Shown piece after piece: positions 1-7,755 of a stretch of 22,928 nucleotides of DNA. Below the pieces are notes generated by a model that saw nothing but the letters and a program-made list of their open reading frames with translations, did no database searches and was not told the DNA's origin. Each line of letters starts with the position of its first letter. Positions within the stretch are counted from its first letter, which is position 1. Source of the DNA: a virus. Lineage: Duplodnaviria > Heunggongvirae > Uroviricota > Caudoviricetes. The DNA lies in the IMG/VR virus record IMGVR_UViG_3300045988_024436, positions 1 through 22,928 of that record; one strand, given 5' to 3'. The translations under genes and the position numbers were made by a program.

Positions 1-634
1 CCCCCTGGATGTCTGTTGGTGACAGCGGAGCATTGCTGAATGCATTTGTTAATCCGCCAATATCCAACGCGTATCCAGGGTGTAGTTGCACTGCCGGGTC
101 TTCGCACTGATTACCCCAAACATCGAAGCCATGAGACGTCTGGCGGGCGAACAGTTCAATGCGAGAAACATCGCCTAATAATTGCACAAGTTTTTCACGA
201 ACGATATCTGGCTTTCTTGAATGCTCAAGCCGCGGTGCGGTAAATGACTGAACGATCCCTGCATTAATGCGCGTAGGTAGTTTTCCCTTTACCGCAAACA
301 GGCAATCTTCACTATTGGCGCGAGTCATGTGTCCCATACCCATAACCAGTTTATCTGGTTGTCGACTACCACATTTTATCCACGTGAAGCCCTTCATCGT
401 CATCAGACGGAATCCCCAGGCTTCAACAACTTTTAGTGCTTCGAGTGGTTGTGTTGGCACCCACCACATGGCCAACAGACAGTTTTCATCGGCCAAATCC
501 CACACAGGAAGGCGGCAGATATCCAGCACACTCATAACCGGATATTTAAAACCGGCACCGCGATTACCATCTGCGGCTTTGTCCCGGTATACCCAGGGTG
601 GATCTGCATAGATTAGTGTGTATTTCTTAGTCAT
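1..634 (-). CDS. MT-A70 family N6-adenine DNA methyltransferase; 3' end not reached inside window
   Basis: Minus-strand ORF from ATG (plus 632-634) translates MTKKYTLIYADPPWVYRDKAADGNRGAGFKYP...FTAPRLEHSRKPDIVREKL...FDVWGNQ... with the DPPW catalytic motif. The frame stays open to position 2, so it is absent from the supplied track (no in-window stop). Confidence 0.75.
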   Translation of the reverse strand, partial: MTKKYTLIYADPPWVYRDKAADGNRGAGFKYPVMSVLDICRLPVWDLADENCLLAMWWVPTQPLEALKVVEAWGFRLMTMKGFTWIKCGSRQPDKLVMGMGHMTRANSEDCLFAVKGKLPTRINAGIVQSFTAPRLEHSRKPDIVREKLVQLLGDVSRIELFARQTSHGFDVWGNQCEDPAVQLHPGYALDIGGLTNAFSNAPLSPTDIQG

Positions 635-926
635 AAACCACCCCGCAACATCCTATACCGCTATAGTCTCCACGGCGAAGGCCGTTACCTTTTGTGATAC
701 ATTGGTCCCTGCGAACCGCGATCCTTGCACGCTCAACATCACCAGAAGCAACATCCATACACTGAAGCCAAAGGTGAGCGGCAATGCGGAACTGCCCTTT
801 TTTCTCTCTTTCAATCGCGCGTTTTTCGATCTCTATCGCCGCAGGAGTAACGGCGACAATCTTTGACGGACTGCGCATTGAAACCTTATTCATGTGATAT
901 TTTTCAAGTCGGCTTAACTTTCTCAC
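627..926 (-). CDS. hypothetical protein; stop lies 2 nt from the methyltransferase start (coupled)
   Basis: Track ORF of 99 aa; the start may instead be the ATG at 891-893. Stop TAA at 627-629 sits beside the MTase ATG at 632-634. No recognisable domain. Confidence 0.4.
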   Translation of the reverse strand: MRKLSRLEKYHMNKVSMRSPSKIVAVTPAAIEIEKRAIEREKKGQFRIAAHLWLQCMDVASGDVERARIAVRRDQCITKGNGLRRGDYSGIGCCGVVYD

Positions 927-1035
927 TTAATCCAACTCTCTCTGAAAATTAATGCCAGCAGATAAAGCCATGCTGAAACAGAGGCCAGGAATAAGTACCA
1001 TCCTGACCATTTGATCCAGTGCCTTAGCAGCGCAC

Positions 1036-1284
1036 TCATGCAGCGTTGCTCACGGGACGATATACACGTTGCTGAACAGGAGGTTTTTTACCCTGGAACT
1101 CTGCCGGGCTTGCTGCCTGACGTTCATCAAGCCAACGCTCAACTTCGTCACGGTTCCATGCGCAGCGTTTGTCAGTGATATACCAGCGTTTAGGAAATTC
1201 CCCTGCGCGCTCCATACGGTCGATAGTGCTCCATGACAGTGGCACCACCGCCAGGAGTTCCTTCTTACCTAATGCACCTTTCAT
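1036..1284 (-). CDS. AlpA/Xis-family small DNA-binding protein (putative excisionase or regulator)
   Basis: 82 aa; KELLAVVPLSWSTIDRMERAGEFPKRWYITDKRCAWNRDEVERWL resembles AlpA/excisionase winged-helix proteins; SD AGAGAGG 7 nt before the ATG at 1282-1284. Confidence 0.65.
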   Translation of the reverse strand: MKGALGKKELLAVVPLSWSTIDRMERAGEFPKRWYITDKRCAWNRDEVERWLDERQAASPAEFQGKKPPVQQRVYRPVSNAA

Positions 1285-1333
1285 AAATACCTCTCTTGGT
1301 TGCAGTGCGGCGCGTGTGGCACCGCGGTGGTGG

Positions 1334-2361
1334 TTACTCGAATTCTGGACGCATATCGTTAAGCGTCATCATGAATTTTTGGTGATATTCATCACCGAGC
1401 TTTTCAGCCATGGTGTTAATCTCATTTTCAGCGCGCTTGAACATCGTTTTTGCATCTTCAGCAGATGGATCCAGGCTATTAAGTATCGCGATGATATATT
1501 CTCGAGCTTCTTCTCGTTCTGAATCTGAAATTGGCGACAGGTGTTGACGCTCATCGTCAACTACGGAATATTCACCAGTGATAACAGCTGCGTTATCTTG
1601 GCTAAGTCCAGCTTCAGCGCGCTCATCCATAACAACAGCCTTCTGCATTTCAATAGAAACAGGAAGATATTTGAATTGGTCGGCGAATTACTGTTTTTTT
1701 TAGCCATCTCATCGAAGTGATCAACCCATGGGCCACTGCTACCTGCTTTGCTCAGTGCACGAACTTTCTCAATGTCTGCCCGGCTCATAACTTCAAATTT
1801 GGACTCCGCCATCTTTCAGTCGTGCAATCGGCGTAAACGTGCGTTTAATTCTCCGCGGTCACCTGTTTCGCAAGGTAAATGCTCGAGCGTTTCTTCCAGG
1901 CCGTATGAGTAGCTGAATTTGTCGTTTGTATGTACGGTACGAGCCGAGATACTCAGGATCTGCCCAGAGCGGCGGGCAAGGTCAATCATTCCGCGATAGC
2001 CGATAATCAGCTGTGCTTCTGTAGATACGGTTTCCCATCTTCCATTTACTTTCTGGCGTTTGTCGAACGGTATCAGGTAAGCGTGTCCAAGAGCTCCGCC
2101 TGGTTCAAGACCCAATTGGGCACATTGCATAATTGCCCCCAGGAAGCTGGCTTGGTCGCATGATGCAAGTTTTGGAACCTTTCGGATCTCTGTGGTTGCT
2201 ATGCGCGCCAGACGGTCTGCTGTCATGTGCTTTGGAAGTGCCAAAGCCATCTGAGCTTTAATTTTTGGGTCTGCCAGAAGTCCGGCCAGAGTTGTTGGTT
2301 TCTCATTATGATGTGCAACTTGGTTACCGGTAGCCGCTGCCTTAAGTGCATTGATAGACAT
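1334..2361 (-). pseudogene. recT: RecT-family single-strand annealing recombinase, interrupted by an in-frame TGA and frame changes (or sequencing errors)
   Basis: Three consecutive minus-strand ORFs (1816-2361, 1561-1812, 1334-1648) each match successive parts of RecT: ALPKHMTADRLARIATTEIRKVP...QLIIGYRGMIDLARRSGQI, then FEVMSRADIEKVRALSKAGSSGPWVDHFDEMAKK, then MQKAVVMDER...TGEYSVVD. TGA at 1816-1818 is in frame between the first two. RecT-like peptides HVYA, ARLKDGG and KFEVM lie in three different frames around 1786-1845. The frame changes again at the T8 run 1694-1701. Confidence 0.65.
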
Positions 2362-2370
2362 TTTTTCTCC

Positions 2371-3270
2371 TTACTTCATTCTGAAGACGCGTTGTGTCGT
2401 TGTTGTTTTGAATTTTTCGAATAACTCAGGGTGTACTGACTGGAATAGCTTCTGGTCGAATCTGTTGCTGATCTGAGATTTCCATGTGCAGAGCGGCTTT
2501 CCGTCCAGGGTCAGGACTGAGTGCTCTTGCATGTACATCTTCAGCTTCTCTTCTGATATAGCTATTTCTTCTTCCAGTGATTTTCTGCGTGACTTCATGT
2601 CTCGTAGATCGTTGAATAGTGCGAGTGCCTTTCCGTCAGCCTCGATACTTGTCCCGGCATCTTTCTCAAACATCAGCGATACATCGCTTACGCTGGTAGC
2701 TTCCGGCGGGTTAAGATTTTTCACTCGGTCCCAGAAAGCGATTTCTTTTTCTAAGATCGCCTGGATAGTTTCTTCATCACGCTCAACCCGATAGATTCGG
2801 AAGTCGTCGCCACCGATAAGCACACCGAAAACGCATACCTGTTTGTTTGTAACCATCAACCCGTGCATGGCCTGGGCCGTGTAATGCACAGGAATTGCAT
2901 CTGTCTGGATTTCTCCCCATTCTTTGGCTTTGAACGGACTAACTGTTTTGATCTCAATGTTCTCGCCTGACGCTGCTTCTGCATCGATCTCAGCTGCAAT
3001 AAAATCGTAATCACGGTGGATATAGCGGTTTCCGCGATGAACGATTTCCATCCCTGTTTCCTCAGAAAGCAGGTCTATTACGTATGGCTCCATACGCTGG
3101 CCACGCGTGAAAACTTTCTGCTTGCTTGGGTCTACTGGTTTGACACGTGGCTGGACCTTATCCAGATAAACCTCAAGCGGGGTGCGCCATGGGCTAATTC
3201 CAAGAATCCCTGCAACATCGCTTCCTCCGATGTATTTTGTTCTATCCATGATTCCAGCGTTCTGCATCAT
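2371..3270 (-). CDS. YqaJ/RecE-type exonuclease (PD-(D/E)XK fold), recombination partner of RecT
   Basis: 299 aa; N-terminal IGGSDVAGILGISPWRTPLEVY is the YqaJ viral recombinase signature; sits directly upstream of recT on the same strand; SD GGAG before the downstream gene. Confidence 0.7.
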   Translation of the reverse strand: MMQNAGIMDRTKYIGGSDVAGILGISPWRTPLEVYLDKVQPRVKPVDPSKQKVFTRGQRMEPYVIDLLSEETGMEIVHRGNRYIHRDYDFIAAEIDAEAASGENIEIKTVSPFKAKEWGEIQTDAIPVHYTAQAMHGLMVTNKQVCVFGVLIGGDDFRIYRVERDEETIQAILEKEIAFWDRVKNLNPPEATSVSDVSLMFEKDAGTSIEADGKALALFNDLRDMKSRRKSLEEEIAISEEKLKMYMQEHSVLTLDGKPLCTWKSQISNRFDQKLFQSVHPELFEKFKTTTTQRVFRMK

Positions 3271-3530
3271 GCCGCTTCCCTCTGCCCATCAATCCGATCC
3301 GCCAGATCCCAGCGGGCGATAATTGCCATTGCCTCGCGCCGGTAGGAATCCATCAGTTCTTCGAACTCAGGGCTGTCTTTAGCAGCCTCCAGCACTTCCT
3401 GACGAACGCCTTTGCCTGTTACAACGTCGAAAGTTGAGGACAGTTGATGAAGTCGGATGCTCTCAATCAGTTCAACTTGTCGGTCATATAGCTGTTCTGA
3501 CAGGCGGTAGTCCTTGTCGAATGCCAGCAT
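3267..3530 (-). CDS. hypothetical early protein
   Basis: 87-aa track ORF; its stop overlaps the exonuclease start (ATGA at 3267-3270); no recognisable domain. Confidence 0.45.
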   Translation of the reverse strand: MLAFDKDYRLSEQLYDRQVELIESIRLHQLSSTFDVVTGKGVRQEVLEAAKDSPEFEELMDSYRREAMAIIARWDLADRIDGQREAA

Positions 3531-3570
3531 GATTTTTTTGAAGATTTTTTCTGCTGATTAACGTTCATTA

Positions 3571-3723
3571 TCAGCCCTCCCATATCTCGTTATCGTTGGC
3601 TACATCGCGAGCTTCTTTGCTGACGAAAGCCCACTTAATGCCTTCCTGTAAGGTGCGGAACTTCCAGCTCATGAATCCGCATGCAGTAACGCAGTACAAA
3701 CCGTTGATGATTTTCCACTGCAT
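3571..3723 (-). CDS. small hypothetical protein (50 aa), first ORF after the leftward promoter
   Basis: Not in track (below 60 aa). ATG at 3721-3723 with GAGG 9 nt upstream; translates MQWKIINGLYCVTACGFMSWKFRTLQEGIKWAFVSKEARDVANDNEIWEG. Confidence 0.3.
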   Translation of the reverse strand: MQWKIINGLYCVTACGFMSWKFRTLQEGIKWAFVSKEARDVANDNEIWEG

Positions 3724-3830
3724 AACTTGTTACCTCGGTCTGTTACCGTTTAGGTAATAATTATGCTTATTTGGTTTGGTGTCAATAGATATGAGTTAAA
3801 AAAATTACCCGTAAGGTAATCTATCTGGCA
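3724..3830 (-). promoter_or_regulatory. leftward early promoter/operator region (PL-like)
   Basis: Minus-strand TTGACA (plus 3780-3785), 17-bp spacer, AATTAT (plus 3757-3762). TTACC-N5-GGTAA palindromes at 3743-3757 (abutting the -10) and 3805-3819 (upstream of the -35). Confidence 0.45.
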
Positions 3831-3854
3831 ATAAAAAAGCCGCCATGAGGCGGC
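3831..3854 (-). terminator. rho-independent terminator after the repressor gene
   Basis: Stem GCCGCC, loop ATGA, stem GGCGGC (3839-3854), followed on the minus strand by TTTTTTAT (plus 3831-3838). Confidence 0.6.
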
Positions 3855-3876
3855 TTACTTACTGAAAAATATAGTT

Positions 3877-4461
3877 TTATTGTTTGCTTTTTTCGTTCTG
3901 GTTGATGACAAATTCAATGTAACTTTCGATCTTTGCTTTCTCGGTTTCGGGTAACAATGCGTAGCGTGAGCGGTCATAGTTGATAGTCGCAGGGTCGTGC
4001 GGGTGAATCAGTAGTTCATATCCGTGACGCCCGAATGCGGATGCAACATTCTCCAGGGTGGAAATGGAAACGCTGACCTCATTGTTTAACAGGCGGCTGA
4101 TTGTCACCTGGGCGACGCCGGATGCGCGGTGAAGTTTTCCCTGTGTTGAAAGGTCGCGGCTTTCGCTCATCCAGCGTTCCAGGTTGTGAGCCGCCAGCTG
4201 ACCTATATCGCTCGGGCCGACAGGCTGAAAACCCTCCTGAGAAAGCGAACGATCAATATCAAGCCAGTTACGGGGTTTATTGGCGGCAGCTTCAATTTTT
4301 CGTGCAACCTGGTCGCCGATAACCTTCTTGCCAAGAGCCCAGCGGTTTACCAGATTTGCCTGAGTTCCAAGTTTTTCTGCCATCCGCGTCTGAACACCAT
4401 TGAATTCACGGTCGATCAAGTCGTTGAGATTTTGCCTGCGGACGTCCTGGATACTTTTCAT
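3877..4461 (-). CDS. immunity repressor with two XRE-type HTH domains and no LexA-like S24 peptidase domain
   Basis: 194 aa; HTH 1 around QTRMAEKLGTQANLVNRWALGKK, HTH 2 around RASGVAQVTISRLLNNEVSVSISTLENVASAFG; divergent from a Cro-like gene; no Ala-Gly/Ser...Lys autocleavage module visible. Confidence 0.7.
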   Translation of the reverse strand: MKSIQDVRRQNLNDLIDREFNGVQTRMAEKLGTQANLVNRWALGKKVIGDQVARKIEAAANKPRNWLDIDRSLSQEGFQPVGPSDIGQLAAHNLERWMSESRDLSTQGKLHRASGVAQVTISRLLNNEVSVSISTLENVASAFGRHGYELLIHPHDPATINYDRSRYALLPETEKAKIESYIEFVINQNEKSKQ

Positions 4462-4615
4462 TTTCTGGAAAATCGCCTCATATATGAATCAGTAGATGAT
4501 TCAATTTAAAGCAATATTACCCAACAGGTAAATGCACCTCATAGGTAACTATCCTTGATTTTTGTTACCTTATGGGTGAATATTTATTATCTGAAATAAA
4601 TATCAGGCAATAGCT
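4462..4615. promoter_or_regulatory. divergent immunity switch region with three operator-like sites
   Basis: Sites TTACCcaacaGGTAA 4517-4531, GCACCtcataGGTAA 4534-4548, TTACCttatgGGTGA 4565-4579. Candidate rightward promoter TTGATT 4555-4560, 17-bp spacer, GAATAT 4578-4583. Confidence 0.55.
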
Positions 4616-4846
4616 ATGAGCGATAACGGACATTTCGATTTCAAAAAGCACTGGCTTGCACTTACTCCGGATGAGCGTGAAGCCTTCGCACAGGAAGCCG
4701 GAACGACTAGTCACTATATCCAGACTCACTTAACAGGCAAGCGCAAAATGCCAGGTAAGGTATTGATGAATGGGCTTTTTAAAGCCTGTAAAACAAGACA
4801 ATGGCTGCGCTCAAAAGCAGAACTGGCATACTTCTTCTACTCATGA
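4616..4846 (+). CDS. Cro-like small HTH regulator
   Basis: 76 aa, divergent from the repressor; REAFAQEAGTTSHYIQTHLTGKRKMP reads as an HTH; followed by a terminator. Confidence 0.55.
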   Translation: MSDNGHFDFKKHWLALTPDEREAFAQEAGTTSHYIQTHLTGKRKMPGKVLMNGLFKACKTRQWLRSKAELAYFFYS

Positions 4847-4868
4847 TATCCAGCTACAACCCTCTGTA

Positions 4869-4890
4869 GACCGCCACCCGGCGGTCTTTT
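4869..4890 (+). terminator. rho-independent terminator after the cro-like gene (tR1-like position)
   Basis: GACCGCC-ACCC-GGCGGTC followed by TTTT. Confidence 0.6.
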
Positions 4891-4994
4891 CATATCTATT
4901 CGTACCTCAAAGGTAATAAAAAACCAAATCTGGTTGATCAAATTTTCCAATTGTGCAAAATAGCCAATATCAATAACAAAAAGGGGCGGAAAAA

Positions 4995-5207
4995 TTGAAG
5001 ATAGTAACCAGAATGGAGGCCGCAAAAGCCGGGTTAAATCGCTATTTCACAGGAAAGCGGTGCCGTCACGGCCATCTCTCTGAAAGGTATGTTCTGAACG
5101 GAACATGTGTTGAATGTGCAATGAATAGCGCCAACCGCCATCGTAATGAATTTGCTTGTGCACTAAAGAGTGCAAGAGGGGAAACCTATGGCAAGCAGCT
5201 GGATTAA
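4995..5207 (+). CDS. small zinc-ribbon protein (CII-position gene, function unknown)
   Basis: 70 aa from TTG at 4995 (AAGGGG about 9 nt upstream), or 64 aa from ATG at 5013; CRHGH...CVEC metal-binding pattern; 3' end overlaps the replication gene start. Confidence 0.4.
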   Translation: MKIVTRMEAAKAGLNRYFTGKRCRHGHLSERYVLNGTCVECAMNSANRHRNEFACALKSARGETYGKQLD

Positions 5208-6018
5208 GGTTGAAGTTATCACTCCTGATAAACCTGAAATTTTTCAGATAGCAGAAATTCTGGGTATTGATCCAGATGCTGTTCTTGGAAAGCTGGTTCG
5301 TATATGGGCATGGGCTGACCAGCAAACAATAGACGGTAACGCTGGCAGCGTTACAAAAGGAGTACTTGATAGACTCGCTTTTATTACAGGATTTGCTGAC
5401 GCCCTCATTAGCGTCGGATGGCTTGCTTATCATGACGGCAAACTAATTCTTCCAAACTTTGAGCGACATAATGGAGAATCATCGAAAAAACGTGCACTTA
5501 CGAATAGAAGAGTGGCAGAGCATCGAAAACGAGTAACGCAAAAAGTAACGCCAACAGCGTTACAAAAGGAGTTACCAGAGGAAGAGGAAGAGGAAGATAT
5601 ATATAAAACCCCACACATAGCGCACGTGCGCGAGGGTGCTCCGACCAGTGAAGCGAACAGTACGCCGTTGCAGGTGGCAGAACCTGAATTTCTGGATGGC
5701 CTGAGTGAACCCATCGGGAAATTTCCGATGACAGATGGCTGGCTACCGTCGCCAGATTTTCGGCGGCGTGCTGCGCTGTGGGGAACGGCCCTGCCGGAAC
5801 CGGAATTTACACCTGCTGAACTTGCTGCATTCCGGGATTACTGGATGGCTGAGGGCAAAGTGTTCACGCAGGTTCAGTGGGAACAAAAATTCGCCAGGCA
5901 CGTAAATCATATCAGGGGAAAATCAAAAAATGCCGGGAAAAGCGATGAGCTTGACTGGAATAACACTGACTGGATAGAAGGGGTGTGGGATGAAATCAAC
6001 TCCAGAACTTCTCAATGA
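5188..6018 (+). CDS. replication initiation protein with DnaT-like C-terminal domain (O-like position)
   Basis: ATG at 5188 with SD AGAGGGG. C-terminus FPMTDGWLPSPDFRRRAALWGTALPEPEFTPAELAAFRDYWMAEGKVFTQVQWEQKFARHV matches recalled E. coli DnaT. Acidic linker EEEEEED. Confidence 0.7.
   Translation: MASSWIKVEVITPDKPEIFQIAEILGIDPDAVLGKLVRIWAWADQQTIDGNAGSVTKGVLDRLAFITGFADALISVGWLAYHDGKLILPNFERHNGESSKKRALTNRRVAEHRKRVTQKVTPTALQKELPEEEEEEDIYKTPHIAHVREGAPTSEANSTPLQVAEPEFLDGLSEPIGKFPMTDGWLPSPDFRRRAALWGTALPEPEFTPAELAAFRDYWMAEGKVFTQVQWEQKFARHVNHIRGKSKNAGKSDELDWNNTDWIEGVWDEINSRTSQ
5330..5612 (+). other. putative replication origin inside the initiator gene (iteron-like palindromes plus AT-rich tract)
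   Basis: GTAACGC-N5-GCGTTAC at 5336-5354 and 5545-5563, extra GTAACGC at 5533-5539, GTTAC at 5571-5575. 18-bp direct repeat CAGCGTTACAAAAGGAGT at 5346-5363 and 5555-5572. (GAGGAA)3 at 5578-5595, then ATATATATAAAA. Confidence 0.4.
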
Positions 6019-6766
6019 GTACGATCGCTTACGTGAGCATGGTGTTGCTGTGCATGAAGAGCGGCGTGACAGCAATGGCAAAAAGGAGCAGGTTGCTAGA
6101 ATTTTCAATGAACTATTTGTCCAGTTACAGGCTGCATTTCCTGCAAGCGTTTCGACCATAAGGGAGCAGAACAAACTTAATGAATTCCGTAAGCAATGGA
6201 TGCTTGCGTTTCTGGAGAATGGGATCACTACAATGGAACAGGTTAACGCTGGTATGCGCCACGCCCGCGCCAGTGAATCTCCGTTCTGGCCGTCGCCAGG
6301 GCAATTCATCAAGTGGTGCAAAGACAGCAAGATGGTTCTTGGCGTCACCATTGACGATGTGATGGCGGAGTTTCACCGGTACAGCAAGGAAAAAAGTTTA
6401 TATCCTGGTGGTCCCGAAAGATTCCCGTGGCGGCATCCGGTTATGTACTGGGTCGTATGTGATACCCGTCGTGCAATGTATCAGCGCCAGCTTAGCGAGA
6501 GTGAGGTTGAGAAACACGCGCGCAGGCTGCTCGATGATTGGGCGAAAAAGGTGGCTTCCGGACAGCAGATACCCGATCCGGTGATCAGCATACAGGCAAA
6601 GCCAGAGCCCATGAGTACACCTCCGGACACAGGGAGAGACGTTTACCATCCACCAGGGCGAAGTTTCGGGTGCATGCCTAACGCCGCCACCCTTGGGGGA
6701 ATAACACCGGCGCAGTGGCTGATGGAGGAATACAGGCGGGGAAAGGCGTCAGGATTTATCAAGTAA
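5990..6766 (+). CDS. P: lambda P-like replication protein (helicase loader)
   Basis: 258 aa; NGITTMEQVNAGMR and FWPSPGQFIKWC match the lambda P protein as recalled; start overlaps the stop of the upstream initiator gene. Confidence 0.8.
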   Translation: MKSTPELLNEYDRLREHGVAVHEERRDSNGKKEQVARIFNELFVQLQAAFPASVSTIREQNKLNEFRKQWMLAFLENGITTMEQVNAGMRHARASESPFWPSPGQFIKWCKDSKMVLGVTIDDVMAEFHRYSKEKSLYPGGPERFPWRHPVMYWVVCDTRRAMYQRQLSESEVEKHARRLLDDWAKKVASGQQIPDPVISIQAKPEPMSTPPDTGRDVYHPPGRSFGCMPNAATLGGITPAQWLMEEYRRGKASGFIK

Positions 6767-6771
6767 TACCA

Positions 6772-6791
6772 GCGCGATAGCGCATTTTTTT
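6772..6791 (+). terminator. weak terminator-like hairpin after the P-like gene
   Basis: GCGC-GATA-GCGC followed by ATTTTTTT; short stem. Confidence 0.35.
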
Positions 6792-6883
6792 ACGTATCGA
6801 TAATTACCTTAGAGGTAATAAAATATTCTAAAATCTATTGATTTCGTGTCTTATGTGGTTTTTAATTACCTAAGGGGTAAATC
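6792..6883 (+). promoter_or_regulatory. promoter with flanking operator-like palindromes upstream of the nuclease gene
   Basis: TTGATT 6838-6843, 17-bp spacer, TTTAAT 6861-6866. TTACCttagaGGTAA at 6804-6818; TTACCtaaggGGTAA at 6866-6880 overlaps the -10 and the SD of the 6884 gene. Confidence 0.5.
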
Positions 6884-7231
6884 ATGAGAAAACAGATGCA
6901 GGCTCTTGGTCGACTCAAAACAGGCCAGATGAACAAAACAGAATCTGCGTATTGCCAGCACCTTGAGCAGCGTAAACGTGCAGGGGAAATCGCTTGGTAT
7001 CGATTCGAGGGTATCAAGCTGCGGTTAGCTGACAACACGTTCTATACGCCAGATTTCGCTGTGATGCTCGCCACCGGCGAGATGGAACTGCACGAAGTGA
7101 AAGGGGGATTCTGGACCGACGACGCCAGGGTGAAAACCAAAGTCGCCGCAGATCAGTATCCGTTCCGAATCATCGGGGTAACGGTTAAACCAAAGAAAGC
7201 TGGTGGTGGCTGGAACATCGAAGAGTTCTGA
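6884..7231 (+). CDS. putative PD-(D/E)XK nuclease (VRR-NUC-like)
   Basis: 115 aa; D...ELHEVKGG arrangement (YTPDFAVMLATGEMELHEVKGG) suggests a D-x(n)-E-x-K active site. Confidence 0.45.
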   Translation: MRKQMQALGRLKTGQMNKTESAYCQHLEQRKRAGEIAWYRFEGIKLRLADNTFYTPDFAVMLATGEMELHEVKGGFWTDDARVKTKVAADQYPFRIIGVTVKPKKAGGGWNIEEF

Positions 7232-7335
7232 ATCGACGATCTTTTTAGTTATCAATGTAATCAATAAGTTATGTGGATAAGCGAGGGTAAAGATGGAAAG
7301 TAATATCAAAAGGGTTAGTTGCCGCCGGGCATGAG

Positions 7336-7755
7336 ATGGCTTCGGAACTGAAAGCTGAATGTGGTGCCGTTGATATGCGCAGTGTGGCAAAGCTGATCAG
7401 CGATTTGGCAACGCAACTGGAAGTGCAACTGGTGCGTGCTAATGCGCTGGCGGCGGAGAATGCGGCGCTGAAACACGCAATGGCCGTAACTCTTGAGCAT
7501 GTGTCGGTCACGGATGCAGGGCAGGCTGGTGTTGCTGCAATGATTATCAACGATGCCCTATACCACAGCGAAACTCCGGTCACCGACGCTCTCCTGGCTG
7601 AAGTACGTGCGCAGGCGTTTAATGACCTTTGCTCGGTGTTCGTTAAGGACGCGACGGTTGCCGGGCTGGACGATGGCGACATCGTTACGGTGAAAGAAGC
7701 GACGGACGCCCTGCTGCATTGTGCGGAGCAGCTTCGCAAAGGAGGCAACCAGTGA
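7336..7755 (+). CDS. hypothetical protein
   Basis: 139-aa track ORF on the coding strand of the operon; weak SD; the minus-strand ORF 7269-7925 is treated as antisense. Confidence 0.4.
   Translation: MASELKAECGAVDMRSVAKLISDLATQLEVQLVRANALAAENAALKHAMAVTLEHVSVTDAGQAGVAAMIINDALYHSETPVTDALLAEVRAQAFNDLCSVFVKDATVAGLDDGDIVTVKEATDALLHCAEQLRKGGNQ

Noticed and set aside
40-866. Plus-strand track ORFs 40-243, 267-611 and 618-866
   Set aside because: They lie antisense to a clearly protein-like minus-strand methyltransferase ORF with the DPPW motif; they have no SD and odd composition.
5578-5595. (GAGGAA)3 tandem repeat as an independent repeat element
   Set aside because: It encodes the poly-Glu linker of the initiator protein; noted only as part of the candidate origin.
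7272-7280. DnaA box (TGTGGATAA, reverse complement TTATCCACA)
   Set aside because: A single 9-mer with no cluster or AT-rich unwinding element; expected by chance at about this frequency in 23 kb.
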